Program-made: the position numbers and the translations under genes
The notes under the pieces: model-generated
What the model saw: only the letters and a program-made list of their open reading frames with translations
Databases searched by the model: none
What the model was told of the DNA's origin: nothing
Source: Octopus sinensis
Lineage: Eukaryota
Assembly: GCF_006345805.1 (NCBI RefSeq)
Contig: NC_043000.1
Span: forward strand, 58,900,001 to 58,964,000
Direction of reading: 5' to 3'
Length of the DNA stretch: 64,000 nt
In this document: piece after piece, positions 1 to 15,041 of the stretch
How the letters are laid out: every line of letters starts with the position of its first letter
Position numbering within the stretch: the first letter of the stretch is position 1

Positions 1-751
1 CAAGATTTTAAGTCAGAATGTAAAGGGCATTTTGTCTGATGCTTTAACAATTCTGCCAATCCATTGCCCTGATAAATAATTAATAAATGATAGTTGACAA
101 AGTTCAGGTAAGACCCACATCTTGGTTCTACTGCTGTACATCAGACATCCTAGATTTGAAAGGAACTGTCTGTCATAAGGCCATTCACAGACAAGCTCCA
201 GCCTTTAGCCCTTGGATAAGCTATCTTCTCTGCCTTTCCTATTATGTTAATAATGGCCTCTGTGCCTTGGAGATAGCAGGGTTCATGGTATTTCAACTTG
301 TTGATCTCGTCCCACATCTCCTCTCCTTCTTGTGTCCAACTCAACAAGGCACCACATTAATCACTACAGCTATTCATTCCTTCCTAGAATGTTGTCCCTC
401 TGGAATTTTGCCTATACCTATATTTTTCCTGCAAATATTGATTTGTGAAAAATTATGAGGAACATTAATAGAAGCACACTCACTGGTCTAAGAGGGCCTA
501 CAAAGACCATGGGCACAACCCCTTCTGTGAGACTCAACAAATAAAAGCGAAAAAAATTTTAATATAGGCACAAGGCTTCAGATTTGAAGGGAGTTAAAGG
601 ATTAGATCAACTCCAGTAGCTGACTGATATTTTAATATTACATTTTATAAATGGCAGAGGAAGGTGAAATTGACCATTCAAAACAAGAGCCAGAAGAAAT
701 ATCACAAGGCATTTTTTTTTTTTTTGCAGTTCTGTCATTTTACTACCAATA

Positions 752-1116
752 ATAATAAGAGCACTCAGAGAGTGCAAACCTCCGCCAAGGTAACATCAAT
801 GTCCTCTCAATGAATAACCAGAGACGATTTTTAAAATGAGAATATCTGAAATAAACTCAACTGCTCTCACAAACAAGAATACTAAAAATGAACCCAACCA
901 CTCTCAAAAATTAAGTGAAAAAGCAAGAAAAATAATGCAGAAACATTGTTCGATACCAGATCAATCCCAAAATCTAATCAGTTTGTGCCAGTCACGAGGC
1001 CAAACATCCCTCAGAGTTTCATCCAAATCCATCCAGCAGTTCTTGAGATATCTTGTCCATGGACAAACAAACACAACTGAAAACAATACCTCCACCTTCA
1101 CTAAGGTGGCGGTAAT
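752..1116 (+). mobile_element. Non-autonomous DNA element, Helentron-associated (HINE)/MITE-like
   Basis: 5' aagagcactcagagagtgcaaacctccgccaagg; 3' hairpin cctccacctt...aaggtggcggtaat; no coding capacity. Confidence 0.45.
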
Positions 1117-1254
1117 AACAACAACAACAACAACAACTGTGCAGAAGTACAAACACATGACTGCTTGTAAATTACTAAATAACACAAGTAGTGGGAAGTC
1201 AAATAAATAATAAGGCTATAATAAATTCAGAAATGCTATTTTACCATAGTTTTA

Positions 1255-1810
1255 CCTCTCAAATTATCCTTCTCATATCTTGCATGTATGTATGTATGCA
1301 CTGGCTGTTTTCATAGGCATAAGTTTATAATAAAAAATGAAAGGAAATGTGCACAAACCCACTAATAAATGATATAGGTGAGGTTTCCAGTAGATTAGCT
1401 TTACAAAAGCCATATTGGTAGTCAAAGATTATAATTATGGCTATTTTCATCACCTTTGAGATGTTAGAAGTAACATGAAAATAGCCAGTAGGATCAGCAT
1501 AGGTTAGCCTTCTTGAGAGTGAGACATATAGCAGAATGTTTGAAACAATCAGCATTTATTCCTTAGAACATTTTTGTGAGTATAGAGGTTAGCTCTGGGG
1601 CAACTGTATAAAAGAAATGGAAGGGAGATCGTGTAAACCAGTGGCTACAATAAGTGCTTTCATTCTTGATGTGTGATTGCGCATGGGATTGAGCCCATTG
1701 AAGTGAAGAGGATAATTTCTGAGGAAATTTTGCCTAGTGTATACAGTAAGGATTTGGGTGCAAAGCAGGTGACAAATGTTGAGGCTTTCTATGTGAGAAT
1801 ATAGCTTTCA
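1255..1810 (-). mobile_element. Degenerate LINE reverse-transcriptase fragment
   Basis: Minus-strand peptides APELTSILTKMF, DPTGY..TSNISKVM and DYQYGFCKA resemble LINE RT motifs; interrupted by stops and frameshifts. Confidence 0.6.
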
Positions 1811-4459
1811 AAACCAACATGATTAAGAAATAGAAAAAAAAATTTTGTAAAGTTGGTAATGATCATTTTGACAAAAGAAAAAGACACTGATTACAGGAAG
1901 ATTCAAGCAAATAAGAATCAAACATGTGGAATCTTCACTACACAAACAATAACTATGCAGCTATTTTAATATAATGTAATTTTTTAAAATCCATTTTTCA
2001 CAAGTTCAAGGATAAGAATGCTGATTTAATTCAGTTATTTTCTTGAAATTTTTGAAAAGGTTTTCTGACAATAACCTAATTCCAGCCACTTTTCCTTGAA
2101 TTTTTATTGGATAACATTAAGGCAGTATTGTAGTCATTGCATGAACTTCAAGCATCAACATAATAGAAATATTTTTTATCAAATAATACTGACTACACAC
2201 ACAAACTCAGATTATAACCTGCCACCAAAAAAAATATTATATATATATAATCCACCACAATAAAGGGATTTTTATTTAACAATTTGGAAAACTTTTTTTA
2301 AAAAGTGAGCATAGTACAAGTTAAAACCCCATTAATGTTAAAATAATGCAATTAATTTTAGTTTCGGATTTTATATAACAGTAGTTAGGACAAGATAAGT
2401 TCATAAAAATAAGTTAAATTCATTTTCTAATAAACTTTCACTTAAAAAGATAAACTTATCTACCACAATTTGAAGTTTATCTTTACCAAAATTGCTTATT
2501 AAAAAAACTTATAGCAATTATCTTACACTTACTTTATAACTAAAATCATAAAAAATCTTCCAAAATATGCTTAGCAAAAATGTTGAAATTAAAACTAATT
2601 TTTCTATCTTTAACAAAAAAATTAAACTAATCAAAAGCAAACTACATAGAAATTTAAACCTTTAAAATGTGTTCCTTTTTAACAATTAAAAACAAATGAA
2701 TGAATTTGTAAGTTTTATGAACTGTTTTGTGTGGAGTTTTTAAAGACAATCTTCATTCTACATTAAAGTGCTTGGTGTATTTTGAGAAACTTTCAAGCTA
2801 TTGTTTTTACTATGAAATGTCAAATAATGTGCTCAACATGCTTGTATCTATTTAAGTTGCCAGTTGAAATCACTTCACTTCTGTTATTAATATAGTCTTT
2901 GCTAAAAGCACAGACATATTACAAGTTTGAAGTAACCTTCAAGTGAAAAATCAATGTTAATGTTATGTCTACAAGAAATTGTGAATAAATTAGGGACAGT
3001 GTACCAAATGAACAAATTCTTAAATTAACAAAATCCTAAATTAAGTCTCTACAATCTAGAAAAACGTACTATTTTCAAAAATCAAGCGAGTAATCATCTC
3101 TGACAACTCTAGAATGTAATTCTTTATAATTGAGAGTAATGTCACTGTACTAAAATTAATTCTAGATATCCCAAAATATCAATTAATATACCTTGTAGCT
3201 TGTACACTAAAATATCATGACATATGTACAAATATTTCCAATAGTTAAAATCCATAAGAATTTTTTTAAAAAACCAAGTAAATTATAACCACATTCCTTT
3301 TTTTCTAATGTGACTTATTTGGAAAACAAAGATGCAGTAAATGGTCTAACCAATGTTTACTACAGTTATAACTCATCTAAAAAATAAGCAATGTAATTAA
3401 TTGAAAAAAATTATCCTTTAATTCTATATAAATATCTTGAGTTAAAGCAAATGATTATTCAGTATGCAAGAAAGTACAGAACAAGAATATTGTGTAGTCA
3501 GTGTATTAAATGGATACACAAAAACTGCTGTTGAATAGTCAAGCTAATAGATAACCAAAATTTTACATGCAGCAGATCAACTTAATGTAGACTGAAGATC
3601 ATGAGCTGTGGGTAGAAGCTCATGATCAACTAATGTAGACTGAAGATCATGCAGCTGTGGGTAGAAGAACTTCTGTCTTTTTTGGCAACAAAAGAATTCT
3701 CTCTGAATAAAAGGTAAATTGCATATGGCTGTGAAAGCAGAGAAGTTGCAATGATTGGAAAGGAAAAGTTGAGCACAGTATGTTGAAAATGTGTTTGTGC
3801 CTCAAAGAAACTGACCAGTATAATATGCAAGTGAAATGTAATGTAAGTGGATGATGCACGCTGAATGAAAAAATGGTGGCAGAAGATATTCAGGGAAGGA
3901 AACAAAAATCAAAACTATGAAAAAATAAGTTTGATAAAATTAACTAATTAAACTTCTATGTAAATATCTATGTGAAACCTGTTAAGGAAGATAAAATTTG
4001 CGCTAATGTGAGCTAGTACTTTAATTTTCCAGTGATTTGTATCTTCTTTCCTTTCCTTATCAAATAACAATTACTGAACATTTCCTTAACTTCTTTTTAC
4101 TCTAAATGTATTCAGCCATTTCTGATTTGATGAGGTTTTCTGTAATTGCTCATGGCTTTACAATTTCCTTAATACTAATCAAAAATGGAGTATCAGGATA
4201 TCACCTTTGTAACACTAACCACAACTGTAATAGATAAGAACAGACAGAAACAATACTGGAAATTTTCAGCATGATATACATATTAGCTTCATGAAGTTAA
4301 GATGTACCTATATGTGGAAAAAAAGTGGTGAGAAAACTTGAATTGGGAATGAGAAATAAAATTGATTAATAGTGCAAAAACATTTTAATAATTATGAAAG
4401 CAACATATGTGAAAATATTAGCAATACTTCAAAAAGACAGAAACATTATACTAGGAATT

Positions 4460-4559
4460 NNNNNNNNNNNNNNNNNNNNNNNNNNNNNNNNNNNNNNNNN
4501 NNNNNNNNNNNNNNNNNNNNNNNNNNNNNNNNNNNNNNNNNNNNNNNNNNNNNNNNNNN
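4460..4559. other. Assembly gap (100 N)
   Basis: Run of N next to a (TA)n tract. Confidence 1.
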
Positions 4560-4598
4560 TATATATACATATATATATATATACATACATATACATAC

Positions 4599-4649
<51 letters not shown>

Positions 4650-4660
4650 CATATATATAT

Positions 4661-4722
<62 letters not shown>

Positions 4723-5782
4723 TGATATGGAGGTCAGTTGAGAAACAGAGTGCTTGTGGCCTGGTTTCGTGGTTTGGCACCAGGCAGACAGGATAAAGCC
4801 TTTGTCCTGTCGGTTTCTGGAGAGATTAATGGGTTTGGAAGAGACATCTGACCCTTTTTCGGTCAGGGAAAGTTTAAGAAACCACCCTTTAAATGCAACG
4901 AAAACGGGTTTGTTGGTCAGTTCTGCCTGAGACAGTGAATTGGCAACAGGGCAGTTCGGCAGTTTGGCCAAAGACAGCAGTGATACGGACGGTCAGCCAA
5001 GAAGGTGGCGATGGCGAGAGGCAACGACAACGTTGAGAAAGACAGGCAGTGAATGTGAGAGATGACAAGCGCATTGAGAAAGACAGACAGATAGCATTGG
5101 GGACATGTAAAGCGAAAGAGAGGGATTACGGCGGAAAGGCATGGCTATTGTAGTAGGAGTTTGTAACGGTATGTTTGTTTATGTTTTGATGTGAAATGTA
5201 AAAGAAACAAGATTGTGACATAAATTGTAATCTGTTGTAAAGAACTAAAAAAAAAAGAATTGATGAAGAGAAAAAAAGAATTGTGTCAAAGAAAAGAGAA
5301 CATTGTGAATTGAGGAACAGAGGAAGAAAAGAAAGAAAGAGAAAGACTTTAATGTTGAACTGTTCCGAACTATATTGCATCAATTTGAACTGTTTTGATT
5401 GTCTCCGGACTTGGTGTATCGTGCATACCTTTGATTGTTTTTGAACGACATGTTATGTTTAAATGCATTGGTTATTTTTCTTTTTAATTCTGTTGCATGT
5501 TATTTTCTTTAATGTAACTGATATGTTTCACGTTTTATTTGATGTAATAATTGTTATAAACTGTTCTTAAATGTAAGCAAATTGCCTTCCGCCGTCTCTC
5601 TATCTCTTCCTGCTGTTGTTGTTGTTGTTGTTATCTCTGGTCGCCGGTTCGAGTTCACTGCCATCCCCCACCACCGTTTTTCTCTCTGTGGCAGATTCCT
5701 GATTTGACTGAGCTGGTCAATCGTCGTCGCTCGACTTAGTAGGGTCCCGGGTTAGAGTTTGAGCGACAGCAGGTTCGCAACA
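4723..5782 (-). mobile_element. Probable solo LTR (~1.06 kb) inserted in (TA)n
   Basis: Block of unique sequence bounded by TG (4723) and CA (5782), ATAT on both sides, AATAAA on the minus strand near 5535, no coding capacity. Confidence 0.5.
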
Positions 5783-5825
5783 ATATATATATATATGTAC
5801 ATATACATATATATATATACATATG

Positions 5826-5889
<64 letters not shown>

Positions 5890-5951
5890 TATATTATATA
5901 TAATATACATATATATATTATATATATATACATATATACTATATATACATA

Positions 5952-5992
<41 letters not shown>

Positions 5993-6048
5993 GTATATAT
6001 AAATATGTATATATATATATAACATATATATGTATATATATGTATATA
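5783..6048. repeat. (TA)n microsatellite
   Basis: Visible dinucleotide run. Confidence 0.95.
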
Positions 6049-6352
6049 TCATCATCATCATCATTTAGCGTCCGTTTTCCATGCTAGCATGGGTTGGACG
6101 GTTTAACTAGGGTCTGTGAAGCCGGAAGGCTTCATCAGGCCCAGTCAGATTTGGCAGTGTTTCACGGCTGGATGTCCTTCCTAACACAACCACTCCATGA
6201 GGTAGTGGGTGCTTTTTACGTGCCACCTGCACAGGTGCCAGACAGAGCTGGCAAACAGCCATGAACGGATGGTGTTTTTACGTGCCACCGGCACGGGGCC
6301 AGGAGGGGGCTGGCAACGGACACGAACGGATGGTGCTTTTACGTGCTACTGG

Positions 6353-6354
<2 letters not shown>
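6049..6354 (-). mobile_element. RTE-type LINE 3' tail with (GAT)n end
   Basis: catcatcat...ttccatgctagcatgggttggacgg is the same 3' end as the ORF-bearing copy at 49611-50310. Confidence 0.75.
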
Positions 6355-6396
<42 letters not shown>

Positions 6397-6699
6397 CATA
6401 TATATGTATATATACATATATATGTATATATATATACATCTATATGTATATATATATATATACTATATATGTATATATGTATATATATTTATGTATTATA
6501 TATATTATATATGTATATATATATATTATATATATGTATTATATATATATATGTATATATATCATAATATGTATATATATATATGTATATATATATAATG
6601 TATATATAGATATGTATATATATATTATGTATATATATATATATATATAAATATATATATATATATTATATGTATATATATATATAATGTCATATATAG

Positions 6700-6732
<33 letters not shown>

Positions 6733-6872
6733 TATATATATATATGTATGTATATATATATTGTATATATATATATATATACATATATATGTATATATAT
6801 ATATATATATACATATATATGTATAATATATATATATATGTATTATAAATATATATACATTATATATATATA
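6355..6872. repeat. Degenerate (TA)n microsatellite
   Basis: Visible low-complexity run. Confidence 0.95.
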
Positions 6873-8212
6873 TACTTGATACTTTGATAGGTTTTCGGCC
6901 ATTAATTGCCCAGGCCATGTCTAACTTAATAGCACACCTGGTGAAGTCTTTCAAGTCAGAATTTGGGCACTATGGCCCACTCAAGTAGAGAGTTATTGTT
7001 TACAGAGACATATCCAGGTGTAGGGGGTTTATCCGGGATTTCTTAGGAATCTGTCCAAAGACTTCTTGAACCCTATAGGGTCAGTTTCTGTTTTAATGTG
7101 TTTGGTGTAATGTTAAGAGAGCGGGGCAATTGAGGTGAAATAATTGTGCCGTATTGTGTGTTATGAGATGAGAGTGCGATTTTTGTTTTGGGCGGATGGC
7201 ACGGGGCCCAAGCCTTGGATGTACCTTAAAGGTGATGCCAACATCATTTGGGCAATGCTGATGGAAATTTTCCACATCATGCAGATGATGTAGCGCTCAC
7301 GACGACGTTGGAGAGAATAGAGTTTTAGCTTTTCTACCCGCCCCAATAGTCGAGGCCTGTCATGCCATCTATCTTTTTGTGATTGCCCTTTGAGGTGCTT
7401 CAACTTTTATGATACCTTGTATTGCGTGGGGAGACCACAGTGGACAACAGTATTCAAGGTGGGCAAAAGTGGAGAAGAGAAGGATAATGGTGTGGATATC
7501 TCTCGACTGGAAAGTTCTGAGAATCCAGGAAACACATTCTGCGGGCCATGTCAACTTTGGTGTTTATATGAGTGGCCCAGCTTACGTTGTTGTCCACAAT
7601 TACTCCCAAGTCTCTGATGTTGTTGGACGCTGCGAGAGTTTCACCTGAAGGAAGGGAGTATGGGAGTTCAGGGCATCCTCTTTCCAAAGTGGATTAGCTC
7701 AAATTTATCCTGTTCAGCAGCATATTGTTTTTTCTGCCCATTGGATAACAGCCAGATCTGACTGAAGGCATGTCCGGTCACTCGCCTCATTTATGACCTT
7801 CTGTAGCTTGGAGTCATCTGCAAAGATTTTATGTTGCTGTGCTTGATGATGTCATTAATGTCATTAATGTAAATGATGAAAAGAAGTGGGCCCAGCACAG
7901 TGCCTTGCGGAACGCCACTACTGACTTTGGCTGGGCTTGATTTTACCCCTTCAACTACAACATGTTGAGATCTGTCTGTCAGGAAACACTTAATCCATTT
8001 CAGTAACTTTCCAGAGACACCAATGTTGGATAGTTTTTCAATAGGATCTTGTGATCGACCCTGTCGAAGGCCTTACTGAAATCAAGGTAGATGACATCGG
8101 TGTTGGAGCCCTCTCCCAAGCTCTCAAAATGTCCTCAAAGTGATGCAGGAGAGCCGTTAGGCAGTCCCTTCCATTACGGAACCCATGTGGTTGGAGATCA
8201 GCCGTCTGTTGC
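6873..8212 (-). mobile_element. 5'-truncated CR1/L2-like LINE with a frameshifted RT
   Basis: Minus-strand motifs DVIYLDFSKAFDRVDH, SGVPQGTVLGPLLFIIYIND, FADDSKL, LEYCCPLWSPH, LYSLQRRRERY. Confidence 0.9.
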
Positions 8213-8323
8213 TATATGTATATATACATAATATGTATATATATATATATATATATGTATATAATATATATATGTATATATGTATATATACATATATATG
8301 TATATATATATATATATATGTAC

Positions 8324-8361
<38 letters not shown>

Positions 8362-8394
8362 TATATGTATAATATATATATGTATATATATATG

Positions 8395-8452
<58 letters not shown>

Positions 8453-8515
8453 TATGTATATAATATGTATATATATATGTATATATATATATATATGTAT
8501 ATGTATATATATATG

Positions 8516-8549
<34 letters not shown>

Positions 8550-8567
8550 TGTATATGTATATATATG

Positions 8568-8600
<33 letters not shown>

Positions 8601-8640
8601 GTATATACATATAGTATATATATATATGTATATATATATA
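8213..8640. repeat. Degenerate (TA)n microsatellite
   Basis: Visible low-complexity run. Confidence 0.95.
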
Positions 8641-8812
8641 AAAAATAATAGTTATCGCCATACTAATATGGCATTCTTATAAAAATAAGAAAAAAGCTGT
8701 CCGCTATTAGCTCCATGAGGCCATCGCCTTAAGTTAGCTATTTGATACACAAACTGTATCCATATAACCTTCGAACAAGGGAGGTCAGTCGCTCCACACT
8801 ACTTGACCGGCA

Positions 8813-8854
8813 GCTACAGACGCGTTTCGGAGTATTGCCCCTTTTCAATGCAGC
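8813..8854 (-). ncRNA. Minimal type I hammerhead ribozyme, copy 1
   Basis: Minus strand GCUGCA-UUGAAAA-GGGG caaua CUCC-GAAA-CGCG-UC-UGUAGC: 6-bp stem I, 4-bp stem II, palindromic stem III (ACGCGU), GUC cleavage triplet. Confidence 0.8.
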
Positions 8855-9172
8855 GTAGCCAGCCAGTAGGTGTCGCTTCCGACAATCTCTGTTCGATGGT
8901 TTTATTTACCTAGTTTCGGTGGAATACATCCACTTGTTTTCAATAATAGAAATATTAAAATAACTAAGTCTCTCTAAAGAGAACAGCGGCAGCGTTCCCG
9001 GAAAATAATAGTTATCGCCATACTAATATGGCATTCTTATAAAAATAAGAAAAAAGCTGTCCGCTTATTAGCTCCATGAGGCCATCGCCTTAAGTTAGCT
9101 ATTTGATACACAAACTGTATCCATATAACCTTCGAACAGGGAGGTCAGTCGCTCCACACTACTTGACCGGCA

Positions 9173-9214
9173 GCTACAGACGCGTTTCGGAGTATTGCCC
9201 CTTTTCAATGCAGC
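9173..9214 (-). ncRNA. Minimal hammerhead ribozyme, copy 2
   Basis: Identical to copy 1, 360 bp away. Confidence 0.8.
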
Positions 9215-9531
9215 GTAGCCAGCCAGTAGGTGTCGCTTCCGACAATCTCTGTTCGATGGTTTATTTACCTAGTTTCGGTGGAATACATCCACTTGTTTTC
9301 AATAATAGAAATATTAAAATAACTAAGTCTCTCTAAAGAGAACAGCGGCAGCGTTCCCGGAAAATAATAGTTATCGCCATACTAATATGGCATTCTTATA
9401 AAAATAAGAAAAAAGCTGTCCGCTTATTAGCTCCATGAGGCCATCGCTTAAGTTAGCTATTTGATACACACAACTGTATCCATATAACCTTCGAACAAGG
9501 GAGGTCAGTCGCTCCACACTACTTGACCGCA

Positions 9532-9574
9532 GCTACAGACGCGTTTCGGAGTTATTGCCCCTTTTCAATGCAGC
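9532..9574 (-). ncRNA. Minimal hammerhead ribozyme, copy 3
   Basis: As copy 1, with a 1-nt insertion in loop II. Confidence 0.75.
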
Positions 9575-10110
9575 GTAGCCTTGTTCGAAGGTTATATGGA
9601 TACAGTTTGTGTATCAAATAGCTAACTAAGGCGATGGCCTCATGGAGCTAATAAGCGGACAGCTTTTTTCTTATTTTTATAAGAATGCCATATTAGTATG
9701 GCGATAACTATTATTTTCCGGGAACGCTGCCGCTGTTCTCTTTTAGAGAGACTTAGTTATTTTAATATTTCTATTATATATATATATATTGTATATATAT
9801 ATATATGTATATATATGTATATATATATATATATATGTATATGTATATATATACATATATATGTATATATATATATGTATATATATATGTATATATATAT
9901 GTATATATATATATGTATATATATATATGATTTTCAATCACGGTAATGGCAGTACTCCGGAAGAAGGTTGCGGGTGATCCATAGGTCAGGAAGAATGGTA
10001 ACAATAATCCGTAGGTGCAAAAAATCCATGTATATATATATATGTATGTATATATATATATATATACATATGTACATATATATATATATACTATATATGT
10101 ATATATATAT

Positions 10111-10452
10111 CCTTAAATCCTTAAAAATGTTTTAGCCCGAAGGCCACGGCCATGCTAGGGCACCACCGCTGAATGAGCTACACTAGTTTGTGAATCCACC
10201 TCTGATACGTGGCACTTGATCAACAAGGGAGTTTGATGCTGCTGCCCGCATCCGTGTCTCCTGTCGTGAGGTAGGTTCATCTGGGACTCCCAACAAGAAG
10301 AGATCCAGTTTAGTTTTAAAGAAACACATCCACACCATGTAAGTCTCTCAGGCATTTAGGGAGGATGTTAAAGAGCTGTGGTCCTCTGAAACCCAAGCTG
10401 TTGCAGTATCTGGACCTGTATTTTGATGATGTGATGTTGGAATCCTTGGCAC
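10111..10452 (-). mobile_element. 3' end of a CR1/L2-like LINE
   Basis: Minus-strand RYCNSLGFRGPQLFNILPKCLRDL...VPDEPT...AAASNSLVDQ, then a short (ttaagg)-type tail. Confidence 0.7.
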
Positions 10453-10453
10453 C

Positions 10454-12087
<1,634 letters not shown>

Positions 12088-12107
12088 GAGAGGGTTGTAT
12101 ATATATA

Positions 12108-12545
12108 TTCTTTTGCCTCTGTCATTTGACTGGAGTCATGCCGGAGCACCGCCTTTTAGTCTAAGAAATCGACCGCTAGACTTATTCCTTTGAAGCCTGG
12201 TACTTATTCTATCGGTATCTTTTGCAGAACCGCAAAATACGGGGGATGTAAATGCACCAATATCGGTTGTTAATCGATGGGGGCGCACACAAATACAAAC
12301 ATATATATATATACATAATATATATATATATACGGTCAAAATACAGTTTAAGCCTCCGTCATGAAAACAAAAACAGCCTACTAGCTCTAACAAAATGTGT
12401 AGAAAACGAATATGAAAACAAAAAACATAGCGACGAGCTTCTTTCAAACTCCGTCTACCAAATCCGCTCACAAGGTGCCACGCAGTCGGACGAAACCCGG
12501 AACCTTTTGATCGGGAAGCGAGCTTCTTACCATTCAGTCACGCCT
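12108..12545 (-). mobile_element. tRNA-derived SINE (head near 12545)
   Basis: Reverse complement of the family at 30074-30420: ggcgtgactgaatggtaagaagctcgcttccc...ggttccgggtttcgtcc. Confidence 0.7.
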
Positions 12546-13563
12546 GCGTCGATATAATACATACACTCAAGCGCGCGAACCGTATGACTCGCGGTTTAGT
12601 TCAACGTTGATGGCAGATTAAATGTAACCAAAGACCGTGAAATAAAATTCCGTAAAGTGTACTTTCATTATATCAACGCACAATATTATCAACGTGAACC
12701 AATGCATTCGGCATATACAAATACTGAACTAGGTATGACAACGCTAATATCTAAGGAAAGCAATTAATTTGCATTGTAATAAATAATGAAAAGTTAAAAA
12801 GAAAACGAAATTGTATGTAATACTTATAAATTTATATAGTTACAACACAGACTTTCCGGACAGTAGAGGTCAGGAACCTTTTATAATCTATAATCCGTAC
12901 TAATTTACGAGCAGAAACTTCAAATTCCTGCGGCTGCCAAAACTAGTTTACTGCTACCTTACGGTACATTATTAATAAACTTATATCATTAACACTAATG
13001 TACAAGTAACAGTATTTCATTTAATTAGTAAAGTAAATTTAATATTTATTTATTTTAGAATATGTTAACCACGGTGACCAACCCTGATACGAGAAAAAAA
13101 AAATCAATAGTCCAAGAAGGCTTTGGAACCAAAAGGTTTGGAAAAATCGAATACTTCTATCGGTCTGTTTGATCCTGCCTAAAATTCACAAAATAGAACC
13201 CTTTTCTTTTATGCACCGAGTACAAATGGTATTAAATGAAAATTATGCATAGTACACGTATCTAACATTCAATATTAGGCGTTTTGTATTTTATTTTATT
13301 TATTTTTGTTGTTTTTATTCAAGCTTGGTAACGTTTTGCAAATCGGAATGTCGTAGTAACTCAACTCTAGGTGCAGAGGGCGCAATGAGAAGTTTTTACT
13401 CCATTTTTGACTTTGAGAAATATATTTTTTACAAATGTTCACTACTTTACAAAAACTATATCAGCCAAGCAAATAGTCTTCTCTAAACGCATTAAAAGCA
13501 CTATAACATTACGAATACTATTTCAGAAAATTATCCCCGTTCTCTTTCTTCAGCAAAATTTAG

Positions 13564-14163
13564 CTGGAGTAAAATGAGTAAGCCAAGATAGGTAAATTTG
13601 CATATTCAATTTTCCAACATTTGAAAACAGAATCATACACATAGATATCCAACCTTAGACTCCAGAAAGATCAGAAATGCAACAAAAATTTAAAGTATCT
13701 AGGTCAAATAAAAGAGCGTCATGGAAAAATGAAATTCGACTAGAACAAAATATTCTCCGTAGCTTCTTCATGATATGCTGGAGTGACTCTCTTCTTGATA
13801 TATTTATGCACCATTGCAGTTAAAGAGAGGAAATTATTTTACCCCATTTTAGACATTATTTTGAAAATTGAAAATTATTAAATTAGACGCTAGTATGGGT
13901 GGGGGTGACTTGGAATCCAACTGAGAAAAGAATATTGGTTGTTAATCACCAAAAATTATCCAAATATTTTATTAGCAACTTCAATTGAGTCGTGGAAAAT
14001 TTCTTGAAAAACAAGTACAAGTCACTTATATTCCAAACTCTCTCAACTCCAACTATGCTGACCAATTTTTACTCTGGAAGAGGGTGCAATACTTGCAGTG
14101 TAATGATTTCAAACAGGTAGTGAGAAAATAATGAGAAATCAGAAATTACTCATTTTACTCCAG
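13564..14163. mobile_element. MITE with 18-bp terminal inverted repeats
   Basis: ctggagtaaaatgagtaa (13564) / ttactcattttactccag (14146-14163). Confidence 0.6.
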
Positions 14164-15041
14164 TTACTAATTTTATCCCCCACCACCACCACCAAACACA
14201 CCGTTGAACAAACTACCAACAGTGTTGAAGAGCTGCTGTAGTTAGTGTTAATATACTTAAAGTAACGAGCACGACAACTTTTAACTAATCGATACTATTC
14301 ACGTACAGAAGAGAGATAAACATTATTCAACAGTATGAGCTGATTAACTGCGAAACCTGCTCAGTAGACACTCGGAATGGCTGTCACGAAATGTGTATTT
14401 CTTAGAGGTTTTTTTGTTTTTTTTTCGGTACCAAAAAGGGTTTTGTAGCATATATGGATGTCACAGGAATTCATTCAACGAAAAAAAAAAAATTCCAATG
14501 GGTTCCCCTAATCGCCATCCTCCTTTCTCCCGAACCAAAATTAGGGATTTGCAGCATATTAGGGTACTTGATTCCACGCAAAAAATCTGAGTCTTTTTTT
14601 TTTTTTTTTTCTTCGTGAAAATCGTGCGGGTGATTACCATTTTTTTCATTTACTATCACGATCAAAATCTAATGTAATACATTTTTAAAAAATACTTAAA
14701 TATCAATTCCATCGTGCCTTCGGAATAGCTGTCACAATTAAAACGTTTTTTTGGGGTGGGGTGATGGAGGGGTTCGTCATTTTATAATACTGCACATTCT
14801 GAAACAATTGTAATTCACATGTTAAAAAAAATATTTGTTTTCAGATTTCTTAACCGCTTCTTCTACCCCGCCCCCAGACAACAAAAATGAATTTATTAAG
14901 CTGCTAATAGTCGCTGGAGCTGCGACTTACACAAGTGGATGTTTGAGAAACAAAACTAGAATCTTGAAAACAAATTTTGAAGAGGTATCTATAAAAGGAT
15001 AATTTCACTTGTTTGAAATGGAGAAAAGAATGATTTTAGCG

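Larger units (their letters stand above)
8641..9775 (-). mobile_element. Penelope-like pseudo-LTR / retrozyme-like array: two full ~360-bp units, one partial unit and one inverted partial unit
   Basis: Units start near 8641, 9001 and 9361; 9580-9775 is the reverse complement of unit sequence; each direct copy contains a hammerhead motif. Confidence 0.8.

Noticed and set aside
87-540. ORFs 87-458 (+) and 150-347 (-)
   Set aside because: No recognisable domain; probably highly decayed LINE sequence, too degenerate to call
3576-3667. ~48-bp tandem duplication
   Set aside because: Simple two-copy local duplication with no further structure
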